DNA from: Ruditapes philippinarum | Taxonomy: Eukaryota | DNA length: 64,000 bases | Assembly (NCBI RefSeq): GCF_026571515.1 | Contig: NW_026863698.1 | Span: forward strand, 1 to 64,000 | Reading direction: 5' to 3' | Shown here: positions 50,016-62,649 of the stretch, piece after piece | How the letters are laid out: every line of letters starts with the position of its first letter | Numbering within the stretch: the stretch's first letter is position 1 | Position numbers and translations under genes: made by a program | Notes under the pieces: generated by a model | Told to the model about the DNA's origin: nothing | What the model saw: the letters and a program-made list of their open reading frames with translations, nothing else | The model's database searches: none

Positions 50016-51189
50016 TTTGCTTTTTTGTGCCCCCGACTTTAGTGCGGGCATTTAAAATTTCCCTTGTCCCCCTTCGGGCGTCCCTTCCTTTTTTCGATAT
50101 AAATCAAAAAATTTTACCCCAGATCATTTTAAAAATTTTAGAAGTTACAGAAGGTGCAGTTGTGCACCTGGGTATCTTTGTGTGGATTTATTCAGTATTT
50201 TTAGATTTATTGCCCCTGCAATAGAAATTTTTTGCAATTTTCAACTTGTGCCGCATGTAACTCACAAAGGATTTGACACAGCAGGCAGGTTGCTCAGCAA
50301 ATGTTGCTGTGCACCTGGGGTTTCGCTTGTGGATTTTTTCCAGTATTTGTTGAGTTATTTCCCTTGACTTTGAAAAAAAAACGTTTCATTATGTTGTTAT
50401 TTGTTCATTGAGTGCTTGAGTTAGAATCAACCAACTTTACAGGAATAATGATCAACAAGACTTAATAACGGGAATAATGATCAACATCACTGTGAAGCTA
50501 TGCACCTGGGACTTTGCATGTGGATTTTTTTTTTCAGTTATTGCTCTTGGCTTACAGAAGTATAAATTTGCAATTTTCAACTTGTTCATGCATAGCTCAA
50601 AAATTATTTGACTTGTAGGCCTGAAAGTTTACAAGAATGTTGTGTTGGTCAGCATGTGAACTTATAAATGCACCTTGGGGTTTGCTTGTGGATTTATTCA
50701 GTATTTGTAAAGTTCTTGCCCTTTACTTAGTATGGACACATTTCTAGTTTTCTTCTCTCTTTTTTTGACCTTTATGTATCTCTCGTATTCTTTTTGGGAA
50801 GAAAAAATGTCTAATTTAAATCAATTAATTTATTAATTTAGGTTAATAAATTAATTTGGGTATTTATTTGCTAAATAATGCTAAATATTATAGCAAATAT
50901 GGAACCTGATATTTTCAAAAGTTGTATAATCAAAACAATATGGAAAAAGTATTTTATATTTTACCAGCTCAAATAATAATTTAGAGAAACTTTGAAAACA
51001 GCCCCTCATTTTGTTAAATTTTAGAGATTTTTTAAGCTCTTTAAGTAGGACATGTAAAATATGGGTGGGGTAGGGTAACATTTGTGTACATATTTCATAA
51101 AGTCTGTGTAGAATCAATTTTTTTTTCTTGTGTGGATTGTTAGTAGCCACATGTCTACACATATACTTATTTGGTTGCTCTTTGGCTTA

Positions 51190-51555
51190 GAACTGTGCTA
51201 CTTCTCTTGTGGGACCCTCAACTTTCTCAATGATATCTAAATCTTCAAGCCTCCGGAGTTCATTTTCAACTTGCTTTCTGAAGTAAAAGGGTATTAGCCT
51301 ATGTGACTGCGTAACAGGTTTGACATTTGTCAACATACAGTTTTGCTTTGGACCCTTCATTTTCCCCATACTTGTAAGCACGGATTGGTACTTCTGCAGA
51401 GATTATTGACCTTGTTTGTAACTGTGTTTATTTCTGGAATAATATTGAGGTTAACAGATATCTTATAAGATAAAAGGTTACCTCTGCTTTCATTGGTACG
51501 GTTGATTTTACAGTCATTGATAAAAATTTCATATTTGGGCTTTTGATTGCTTGGC
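51190..51555 (-). pseudogene. Ty3/Gypsy-type LTR retrotransposon pol fragment (protease-RT junction)
   Basis: KPVTQSHRLIPFYFRKQVENELRRLEDLDIIEKVEGPT matches the N-terminus of Gypsy RT. Confidence 0.75.
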
Positions 51556-52530
51556 ATTGACAGAAATACATATACATATATATTTCATTTTCACTGTCGC
51601 TTTGTCTTTATCCTTTTCACTTTGAGACCTTTCATTCAGATTATAAGTGTTTTGTTTTTTTTTCCTTTGAGAGATGATAAATATGATCTATACGCAGGTG
51701 ATTCTAGAAAATATTTAAAAACATATCAGAAGATAGAATTAAAACTTCAGCATCATTTAATAACATTGACAGATGCTGCATAATTAATATTGTGGCTGTA
51801 ATTCCAGAAAAAAAATCAGAATGTATGGTGTGATGTCAGAGAAAACCATAACTAGTATTTGATGGGACATATGTTTTTATTGTAAACTAATTTAGAAATT
51901 TACAACTACGGGTCTTATTTCATATGTAAGGACTGGTGTCACCCCGGTACGGGATAAAAGACCCAGCCCGTTGTAGTCTAGAAAGTAGTTTCTTTTGAAA
52001 TGGCCTATTTAAAGTCATCCCAGTTGATACTGGTTATATTTTAAGTACTTTTTAGTAATTAGGAAAATGAAATTTCATTTCTGTGTATTTTAAAGGCAAG
52101 AATACACACCAGTTACGATTTGGAATATTTATAGTGATTACACAAATTAAAAAGCTGCAGAAAAACTGCATCTGCTAATGTATTTTTTTGTGCTTAATTT
52201 CCTTGGACTGCATTGATGTTTAAAGATATAGCCATGAAGTTCCTGTACCGATAGCTTTGTCCAAAATTAAGCCTTAAATGCGATGACTTTTCAATAGGAT
52301 ATAAAACTATGAAAAACAAAAAAAAATGCTACAGGATATAGAGTACGAAAATTCACTAGGCCGTCTCCGTAAAGGCTGTGGGGAAAATCAATACAATAGT
52401 CTGACCTGTACGGTATCAAAACGGATAGTAATTACCGGAAATTAGTCTTCGCTGGTCCCTTGTATAATTTCTCAGTTTATATATTATAGACATTGGGAGA
52501 GGGAACCAGAACACTTGCTGAGGTGGCATC

Positions 52531-52672
52531 ATGGCGTCGTACACAATTATTTTTGCCGGCTTGTTATTTGTGTTAATTCCAGCTATATGTGTTGCAAACA
52601 AGAAAACGTTAGTGCTGCTTGACAACTGGTCTCTGCGAGAGACACATTCAATATTTTTCAGATCTCTTCGTG
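52531..52672 (+). CDS. DDOST: Exon 1 of oligosaccharyltransferase 48 kDa subunit (OST48/Wbp1)
   Basis: MASYTIIFAGLLFVLIPAICVA (signal peptide) + NKKTLVLLDNWSLRETHSIFFRSLR, matching the DDOST N-terminus (TLVLLDN..RETHS.FFRSL). Phase-1 donor gtaagt at 52673. Confidence 0.92.
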
Positions 52673-52742
52673 GTAAGTTTTTTTGTATTTTCAAAATTAG
52701 TTAACGGAACCAGTCGGCGGTTCCACGTTGCACAGTCTAAAC

Positions 52743-53180
52743 CATAGGCACTCGGTTCCAAAACCTTCTATGATTTTAATTTCTTTTTAAAAAAAAATTC
52801 ATATCATGTATATAAAATACTACAAGGTTTCGCAGCCGCCATGTTTTAACGCAACGGAAGTGCGTTGACTGGTGTACAATTTTCATTAAAAAAACACTAG
52901 TTCCCGATTCGATGAAGAGACTATTGGCTAATACGGGTACCACAATTATTGACTATTTCGCCGTGGTACCCGCATCAACAATATGCTTTATTATGTGACT
53001 CGGGAGCCAGTATTTTTTTGTTAATTGTACACCAGTCAACGCACTTCCGATGCGTTAAAACATGGCGGCTGCGAAACCTTGTAGTATTTTATATACATGA
53101 TATACTTTACTTTACTTTATATGAATTTTTTTTTTAAAATAAATAAAAATCATAGAAGGTTTTGGAACCGAGTGCCTATG
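52743..53180. mobile_element. hAT-type foldback MITE
   Basis: ~170 bp near-perfect TIRs starting CATAGGCACTCGGTTCC; 8-bp TSD GTCTAAAC. Confidence 0.92.
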
Positions 53181-53343
53181 GTCTAAACTTTAGTAATGTT
53201 GATTTTTTTTTTGTAAATAGATCTAGCTTGATTAAACAATGCATCATAACGTCAAAGATCTATCTATTCAGGGCTATTTGGGGAAGCAGCCCAGCCCTTA
53301 CTTTTGGGAGAAAATTACATGATATAAATCCCTATTTCCAAAC

Positions 53344-56179
53344 GAATGACAGACTATTCTCTCCCTTTCCAGTTCCTCCCCCTGACGGTTCTCTCCCTTA
53401 CCGTTTCCTCCCCTGACGATTCTCTCCCAAAATTGAAATATGCAGACAGTTCTCCCCCAATTTTTATTTTATAAGTTATCTTTTTTGTTTTGACTTAATC
53501 TAGTTATATTTTTTAATGAATATTATTAAAATAATGTGTTTGATAATTAAGTGTTTTTAATATTTTGTTTATCTGAATTTAGTGCATGTAAATTTCACAC
53601 CTTTTTCAAGTATTTTAATTCTATCAACACCTTCATTGTGGGTGATTAATTATTGGACAGTGACTGATATACACCTGTAATTATGTTAATTAATGTCTTT
53701 TGATATTCATTAATTTGTTTAAATAGCACATAGGGTGGTAACAAATTTTAGGAAACAAATAAGCAACAACTGGTATGCAATCACATTTACTTTTATACAA
53801 AATTTTGGAAAGAACATTTAGTCATTAACATATGAAACAATATATAAAACCAAGTTCAAATCAGCTCTGTTGGATATTTCTTCTGAGATCTTAAATATTT
53901 TCAATCACAAAAATATGACTTGAAGTAAAGAATTAATGGAGTTTTAATAAATTTTATTGAAATTAATTACAAGGAAATTAAAATATGTTAATTAAGTTAG
54001 ACTTTTTTATTTATATGAATAAAAGGTAATATAATTGAAATAGAATAAATATGAAATCAAAAATTAACTCGAATTTATGCTTTAAGTGTTATTAATTTCA
54101 TGAATTGAAAAATTTTCAATTTAAAGCTCATTGATGATCATATTACAAAAAATGTAAATTATATCAAAATTATTAAAAAAGATAATTTAATTCTAATACA
54201 AAAAACAATGTCTGTTATATTAAACAGTCACAGAAAGCCACATTAACTTCAAGCACTCCTCTTAATAGTTTTTACAGAAAGCTACATTAACTTCATGTGA
54301 CTCCTCTTAATAGTTTTTACTCATCACTTCACATTATTTCAACCTGAAATGTTTATTCTTCACACTGAGGACCGTATGCCGAGGCACAGCCTTCAAGCAA
54401 TTCACTGGTCTGAATATTCCCTGCAGAATAGTTCTTCCAAAGCTCCCTTATCTTTTCCTCAATCTTGCGTGCTGCTGGGCGAACACGACGCGTAGAAATA
54501 CCATCTCTAAGGTGACGCAACTCATATGACACTTCTTCAGCCTCACACTGTAAGACAGGTACCAGTCTGTAAAATGATAAGCTCAAGGCCCCAGCCTTTC
54601 GGTTCAATTTATTGTGCCACCCTGAAAATATAAAAAACCATGGAAACATGAAGTAAATGCTTACATTATACAGTATTCCACACTATTTATATGCAGGTCG
54701 ACAATGTTCGATCATAAAAATAATTCTTATCAGAACATTTTGTTTTTTAAATTAATGCTAGTTATTTTTAAACTTGTGTGCAATATACAATACCAAATAA
54801 CTAATAAAAATACAGATGCTTATATCACAATTAATTAACTGAAATTTCTTATGAATAAATTTAATAATATACAGTATCAGTAATATATCGCCACCCTTTC
54901 ACAGCTATTTTAATCTAATCAACACCATGATCTCCAGTAATGATTGAATAAACACATCAATTATCTCTGACAGCAAATTTAACACACATGTGTATTGAAC
55001 ATGTGAACCTTTCTTCATATTATACCAAAGTATAAAATTTAGCAATTACAATGCATTCATATTTATTTTATTCAATAATTAATATCTAATGATTATCCCA
55101 TTATCTTTTCAGTTTTGACTTAAAGAACATTTAGTCATTAACATGAAACAATATATAATACCAAATAACTAATAAAAATACAGATACTTAGATCAAAATA
55201 AATCTTATTTTTGTAGCAGGGATCTTATTTTTTGGTATCCATCTATACCGAATTTATTTAGATGTTTTTTCTAGTTTAGTCCTTTCAATTTCGCATGAAT
55301 AATGTTGCTTACTTACATTGTTACATGTATTTCGGATTTTTATCTTTCAAATTAAAAAAAAAAGCATTTTGTAATCATCAGTCAGTAGATCTAAAAATAT
55401 TACCTTTATTCACTACAGTAAGGTCAAATTAAAAGAAAAACAAATCAACAATTTCATACATCTATGAAATAAAAAAAAAATCCTACCTGTACCACATGTG
55501 CGGTGTTGCCACTTATGACAAGAGTCACATGAAATTCCATGTTGTCTTGGACGCACATATGAAGCACACTCTAAACAAATATCCGACATAATTTAATTTC
55601 TACAAATACTTTAAAAATTCCAAATTATATTTCAATGCTTAGTAATCACAGTATAGTAACACCATAAATTATCAATATATCGTGGACTAACCAGTTCTCA
55701 AACCTCTAAGCATTCAAGAGGTCTTTTAATGTAAATAAAAATACATCTTTATAAAAATTCTTTTTTAAGATGAAAGAAGAAAAAAAATAAAACACAATAA
55801 TTAATATCTAATTATTATCCCTATCAAATTAATTATTCAGTAATTATTTTTAATGACTAAACACATTGAAATATACCCATTTTTAACATCTAAATACTTC
55901 AATCAAATATACCCATTGAAATATACCCATTTTTAACATCTAAATACTTCAATAAAATATTTTTTCTTTAATTTGTATCAATTAATGATAAACTTACCCT
56001 TTAATTTAACATCTAAATACTTCAAATATTATATACAAATTAAAATAAAAATGGGGGGGGGGGGGAACTGTCTGCATATTTGCAATTATGCAGACGATTC
56101 TCCCCCAAAATAGGGAGAGAATCGTCAGGGAGGAAACGTCAGGGGAGGAAACGTTAAGGGAGAGAATAGTCTGACTACC
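53344..56179 (-). mobile_element. Internally deleted MULE/Mutator transposon
   Basis: Long TIRs (cagactattctctccc...cctcccctgacg), 9-bp TSD tttccaaac, a PHD-like first exon and a transposase C-terminal exon. Confidence 0.88.
54353..55589 (-). CDS. Residual MULE transposase mini-gene: complement(join(54353..54621,55487..55589)), 123 aa
   Basis: MSDICLECASYVRPRQHGISCDSCHKWQHRTCGT (half PHD finger) | GWHNKLNRKAG... (MULE C-terminus); phase 1-1 GT-AG join is in frame. Confidence 0.55.
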
Positions 56180-56392
56180 TTTCCAAACGGGGGAGATAAA
56201 TTAAATTTTTGTGGAAAACCACAGACACTTGGAGTATAGACCCGTCCTTCTCCGCCCCTGAATATTAAAAACTAAAAGTATTATTTATTACAAGAATTAA
56301 TGTTAAATTTTTGCTTATGCTTTTCTCTCGTCGATTCGTGACTCTTATTTGGAAAAACTGCACTTGCACAACAAATATCAGACATATACAGG

Positions 56393-59300
56393 CTGTTATA
56401 TTAACTCCAATACTGTACAAAATTCTTTGCCAATTCAACGCAGCTTCATCATCGACGCCATCTTGGAAAGATTGATTAAAATCCGTCATGCACGAAACAC
56501 TTTAATCTATTGTTTTTCATTAATTGATATAGGGTGTGTGCATATTTTAGATACATCATAATTATTTTTGATACATGTAAAATGAATTAAAAATAATAAT
56601 ATCTATATATATGTTTATAAAATATACCATGTGACCTTTTTGCACGAGTTTTTCGGTTTGAGGTCATATTGAGTTCGTATGCAGTGAAGACTAGAGATGT
56701 CGGTAAGTACATATGAACACGTGTATATTGATGATTATTCGTATTCATTCTCTGAACTTTCTGCAGATTCTGAAATGATATATTTGTAAAGCATCAATAA
56801 TAATTGAATAATTTTAGTTTCAGTAATTGTTAATACTTGTTTGTTGTTTTAAATGATTCTTATAATAGTTTATCGTTTTTCACATGTTATATATTAATTT
56901 ATTTACACTAATTTTAACAGAATGTGTACTTGTAGAACTTTTGTCACAGAAACATAAGAGCATGGATTGACCATTATAGGCTCTCCTACAACAACTTTCG
57001 GGGACTCTTTATGGTGCATGCTTGGAATCCAATTATAATGATCAAACATGTCCTGTTCAACGACTGGATTAACTCCAGCTGAATATAAATATAATTGTAA
57101 TTGAATTTGAGAAATTAAAGACAAATTAACTATTGCATCATGACATTTAAATAGACATTGTGTTTGTCTGAATTCATGACGAAATCAAAATGCGTTCATG
57201 ATGTAATTTTGTACGTGTAATTAGATTTATTTGCTTTATTATTACTTATGCAACGAAACAAAATCTAATATAATCTAAATAATGTGTTTAAAATATATAT
57301 ATTTTTTACAATATTTTGGGATAATGAATACAAATTATGTCAGAAATTACCTTCAATTTTTTCATCAATGTAATCACGTGTCATACTAGTATTGTGTGCT
57401 CCCATGTCGTTGACAACTTTGGCCAGTCGTTTTTCAATAAATTTATTCCTTACGTTTTGGAAGACCGATTCATTGTCATGCAACATTGATTTGATTTTTG
57501 AAAATGTGTCAACATTATTAAAGTTGTAATACCATTTTGATGGTGAAATTTCTTGTTGTTTTTGAAGATTTGTTTTCTTTGCTGGTATATAATATTAACA
57601 ACCGTGGTAACAACACTTGCCTTTGATTTATAATTATAATTAACCGGCCAATTTCTGGCCACAACTTGGTTATTGTCAAAATAAGTAAACGTGTCAGTGG
57701 ACTCTGAGTAACTGAGGGACGTGTCGGAGACATTCTTCAGCCATTCAGTTAGACATGAATAGCTACCTGCTGGGGAATGTACGCTATTCAATTTCGTTAT
57801 AATTTTGCTGCCAGTGATATAATAGCTAATAAGATTTTTATAAAATGGTATTATTGGTGTTATAGTTGAAAGATTCCTGGCTTTCAATAAACAGTCAATG
57901 CTGCTAGCAATACAAATATTTTTTTTCTCATTTTCGTCTACAGATTTTATATTTGCAACAGCTAATAGAAAAGATGTGAGTATACGATTTCTGTTTTTTT
58001 ATATTTTCTTACTTTTAAATCATCATCAAAATTTATACTCTTGTACGATGACGAAACATGCAACCATTGAATCTTCATATATATTTGAAGAAATTTTTTC
58101 GCCAATGGCTGCAACAATTTATACTAATTCATTTTCTTCGAATTTATCATTTTTCAAATTTTCTAAAAAGGTTTTACAATCATTTTCTGTCTTCAATTTT
58201 TTATGACTTGGTTCTATCATTAAGGTATCCTGTACATAATTCAAACAAACATCACACACAGCTGCTGCCTTTTCTGGGATAATGCAATGGTTTTTCATAA
58301 ATTTTATTGTTCCCACTTTTATTTTCTTATGCTCAATTTTTATTATTTTCAACGACTTTCCTCCAGTCAAAGAAGAATGTTGTTCACAAAAACACTTTGA
58401 CATGGTGTTTTCCTCTGTAATAAAACTATATGAAATAAGAGTATGTTTAACCTTTATTATAATAAGATATTGAATTGCAATTTCGATTAATGATCTTTCT
58501 TTTAAACTGAAATCGGCTCTACATAAAACATATTTTATTCATAATCATACACTTTATATAATATACGATCATTTAATATAGAAAATGATAAAATGGATTA
58601 GAACGAAAGATATAATATATCTTATATAGTTTTTCTCTGATAAATCGTCTCTTAAGAAATGTTTATTTTTTTATTTAATTAATTTGATTTAATAGTTTCT
58701 AATAACTTGTTTCTAGGTCGAGTGGGGTTCATTTAACACCGCATTTTCCTTGCTGGTATTGTTTTTCACATTTCAAGTATTCAATTAATGCTTTCTTAGA
58801 TAATCTATCATTTTCAATAATTCATTTGCATGCACCATAAGGGTTTTATGAAATAAGAAACTATGACCGGAGATTAATTAAATAACAAAATAAGTATTTT
58901 CATGTAAAGAAATGCAACAAGAACATAAGTTACAATATGAAATAATTATCGAAAATGGAATATGTGTTACTAGCTTATTGTGACACATCTCATGACTCAA
59001 TTTAACAATGTTTTGTTGATGAAAATAAAAAATAAAATAAGCTTAACTTACTTCATATACTGTAAGTATAATATGGGAGGTATATATCCTTTACCAGCTT
59101 CAAATACTTCTACTACTTCATATAAATGGGATGTATATACATACATAGATAAAGAGACAGACATACAGAGGGAAATACATACATATATCCTCTACGAGCG
59201 ACTTTCAAGTGTATACATGCAAAGACACAGGGTAATTATAAAGAAAAAACACGCTTTTGACGAATTTTTCATTTATTTTCATGTACAATATAATATATGA

Positions 59301-59632
59301 TATAACATAAGTTTACAATTTACATTCAGATACTCGTAAGACCAGTTTTAGTACGTTTATTGAAAGCAATGGTTATCACATTCACTAGAGTGCATCGATT
59401 ATGCAAACCATTTTAACACTTCCGTTAATAAATATGAACTATTCTATTTCAGTTTCCACATATATAATATTTTTAACACACCCTGTATATATTTTGGTTA
59501 ATTAATGAAAAACAATAGATAAAAGTGTTTCGTGCATGACGGATTTTAATCAATCTTTCCAAGATGGCGTCGATGATGAAGCTGCGTTGAATTGGCGAAG
59601 AATTTTGTACAGTATTGGAGTTAATATAACAG
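56393..59632 (-). mobile_element. Unclassified DNA transposon with ~130 bp near-perfect TIRs and decayed internal ORFs
   Basis: TIR ctgttatattaactccaatactgtac...cgtcatgcacgaaacacttt is mirrored at ~59500-59632. Internal fragments include MSKCFCEQH..VCDVCLNY, TYFDNNQVVARNW and GEPIMVNPCSY. Confidence 0.75.
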
Positions 59633-62190
59633 ATTTGGGTATATGTTGATCAAATTTTCAAAATTCGGTATTTTTTACACCAAATTGCGCAATAAGATCA
59701 AGCGAGTACAGCATATTTTAATGTATCAGATGTGTTATTGTAGAAACTGGATCACATCGAGACAAGGGAGAGTACTCGATTTTATACGCTTCCATAAATT
59801 TCCGACACATTTTATCATTTTCATTCATTGGATTTTAGCTCAATCAGGCTAAATTACCCCGATTGAGCTAATTTAGCCCGATTGGGAGATGTGCCCAGCC
59901 TGATATATACAGTTCAATTAGTGCAATTGTTAAATATATTCTTTATCTCAAAGTCCAAAAACTTTAAATTACTTCTAAAAACAACCGCTCAAAGATTAGA
60001 GCATCTGAGCATGTCAACCATGACTGTCAAGCTCAGCTGGACGCTTACCCATCGATTCGTGAAATCCGATTCACCCTGTGACGTCATCAAAATATAGGTG
60101 CTCACACCACTAAATGTTCGCATGGTTATTTTCAGTCCGATCTGATCAATATATGTTTCAAAGTCTTAAGTAAATTCTTAAAAGCATAATGAATATTTTT
60201 TTGGCTTAAGTGTAAGTGTGTTTGATAATTTAAAACATCAATATCGATTATTTTAAAGTAATTAGGTCACCAGCTGATTTGTAGGGTAAGGTCATTTACA
60301 CCTGTTCAATTATGCATTTTGATTGGATAGAATTGTCAAATCGAGTGTCTAATAAAACTTGTGTACTTTTCGGATAGTGTATGTCCTTGCAGAAGTATTT
60401 ATACCAGACAATTATTTAGGCCACGAATCGATGAGAATAAGGCATATATTAGTATGAGAGGGCTAAGTGTGTAACACGTGAACAAGTTTGAATAGAATTT
60501 CATAACGTTTTAAAAAAGTCAATTTTTTACCAACGCTTCAATTTCCTGAAGATACCAAGCTTCGAAATGTAAACACAACTGACCTACATATATTTCAGGT
60601 ATTTATGTTATTGCATGCCATTGATTTCTGGTGTAAATCAGTCTATGCATATATTCCTTTAATAAATAAATGCATGTTTTTATCAGATCGTACCTTTCTT
60701 CCAAGCTTTGCACATTTAATTACATTTTCCTAACCGTGTCACATGCTTCTTTACGAATTCGTGACGACTGGAATGTTTCCCGTAAATTACAGCGGGAAAA
60801 TCGCTGGGAAAAAGAAATTCAATCGCAACTACTCGGCCCTTTCCGTCAGTCTTACTGATTTGGTTTCTGTACTGGTTAGGGGTAGTCCAACTAATTGTAC
60901 TGCGCGACGAGATATTGTGCTATTTTCGTGTCTGGGCAATATCTCGCCTCTACATACAACATAAAAAGTACCTTTTCTGTGGTGAAATTTGCGCCGGGAT
61001 TTTGAGTGCAAGCTTTGGACCGTCTAAAATCGTATTAGAATTCATATTTGAATAAATTTGTTACGATACCTTTAAAGATTATTCATTTCTACATCAATTT
61101 CATGTTTTATTTGTGAAAATATTCCTAACATAAAGATTTTGATAGAAAAGTAAACACATGAACCATCAAAATAAAGACATCGCCGCTAATGTCACGTGAC
61201 AAATACACTGTTGATAACTTCACTGGTGTGTATGCGGTACTGCGTTACTGAGAAACGCCGAAACACTCTTAGTAAAATATCAAGTTTAATGTTATATTTA
61301 AGACATTTATTTATGCAAAAAAATTAATAACTATGAAAGGATGAAAATATTATTTTATTGGGGCAGATGCAAAACTTATCCGTTATTGTCAGAGCGTTCT
61401 TAGAAATATCAGAATCATCATTATCTTTTTAGAAAAGCTACTCTGTAAATGGACTCCTCACAAAGCATTTTCTAGTTTATAAGAAAAAATTATTTTGTTC
61501 AGCTTTCCCAGTCAATATAGGACATTGGACCTATTGGTAACTATAGATTTTTTCCCCCACGTTTATGATGAAAATAGGAATATGTTAACAGCAGAAATAC
61601 GAGGTTTATATGTTTAAAGAGCAACGAACGGATTCCTAGTGCCTTAGCGACTACGAGAGGACACCATTCGAAGGAATTTGACAGTCTGTTATTTATATTA
61701 ATGTTGATTAACTATTAAACGATATTTTCAATGTTCAAAAAATATTTATTATCAATAATAAAACGAATGAATGTCAAACACGGTGCCTCGACATTATACA
61801 TGTATGTGCGGAAACAACATTCCATGTAATTTTTTTTTTATTTTCTCATCCACGCAGGTCCATAATTCTGGCTAGTTTATTCCAAAAAGCTTTCTGAAGA
61901 TGTTTATAGAAAAAAAAACACACACACACGTAGGTATGAAATTGTTTTAAAATGACCGTGGTATGAAACAGGTGCCCGCTCCATTTTTGTTTGTTTGTTG
62001 TTTTTTGTTTTGCAAAAGACTTTCATAATGTTGGTATACAGTAAAGATTTATTCCATATATTTCACTTATATCCCGTCTAAGAAATTATTTTCTTCTATA
62101 AAATACACGCATGGCGAAGTGCGATTTGAAGAATCAACGCGGTTATTTTACAATGTTACACAAACAAAACGCTGCGCCGCTAATTTCTTT

Positions 62191-62649
62191 CACAGAGGTG
62201 TAGGATGTGGAGCTCAAAACGATTTTAAAATAAAGAAATGCATATTTGTCAATCCCAGCACATGTACTGATCATGTATATATATATAAATACTAAATATA
62301 AGCCGTTTTGAAAAAAAAATCATATTTCAACGTCTATAATAATACACAAGATAAAAATGTTCGCCGGAAAAAATCCGCACACCTACCGTCAAAAACACCA
62401 TGTATTTTATTCCGTTTCCAATATTTTCACATAATCCTTTGGCCCCGACACAGAAGATATAATTCTTCATGATGATGGTCAATTTTAAACTTCAACATCA
62501 ATATAAACAACGCAACAGCCGAAATAAACATCGAGATTATCGCCGTCAAAATCTTTCGACAAATTCAAACGTGGCACCCCAACGTTGACAAATATACATT
62601 TCATTTGGATTTTAAAGGCGTTTTGAGCACCACACCCAAAGTGTCTGTG
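62191..62649. mobile_element. Old hAT-type MITE
   Basis: Diverged ~60 bp TIRs (CACAGA...TCTGTG); 8-bp TSD ATTTCTTT on both sides. Confidence 0.75.

Noticed and set aside
52416-52694. 92 aa minus-strand ORF
   Set aside because: Antisense shadow of DDOST exon 1.
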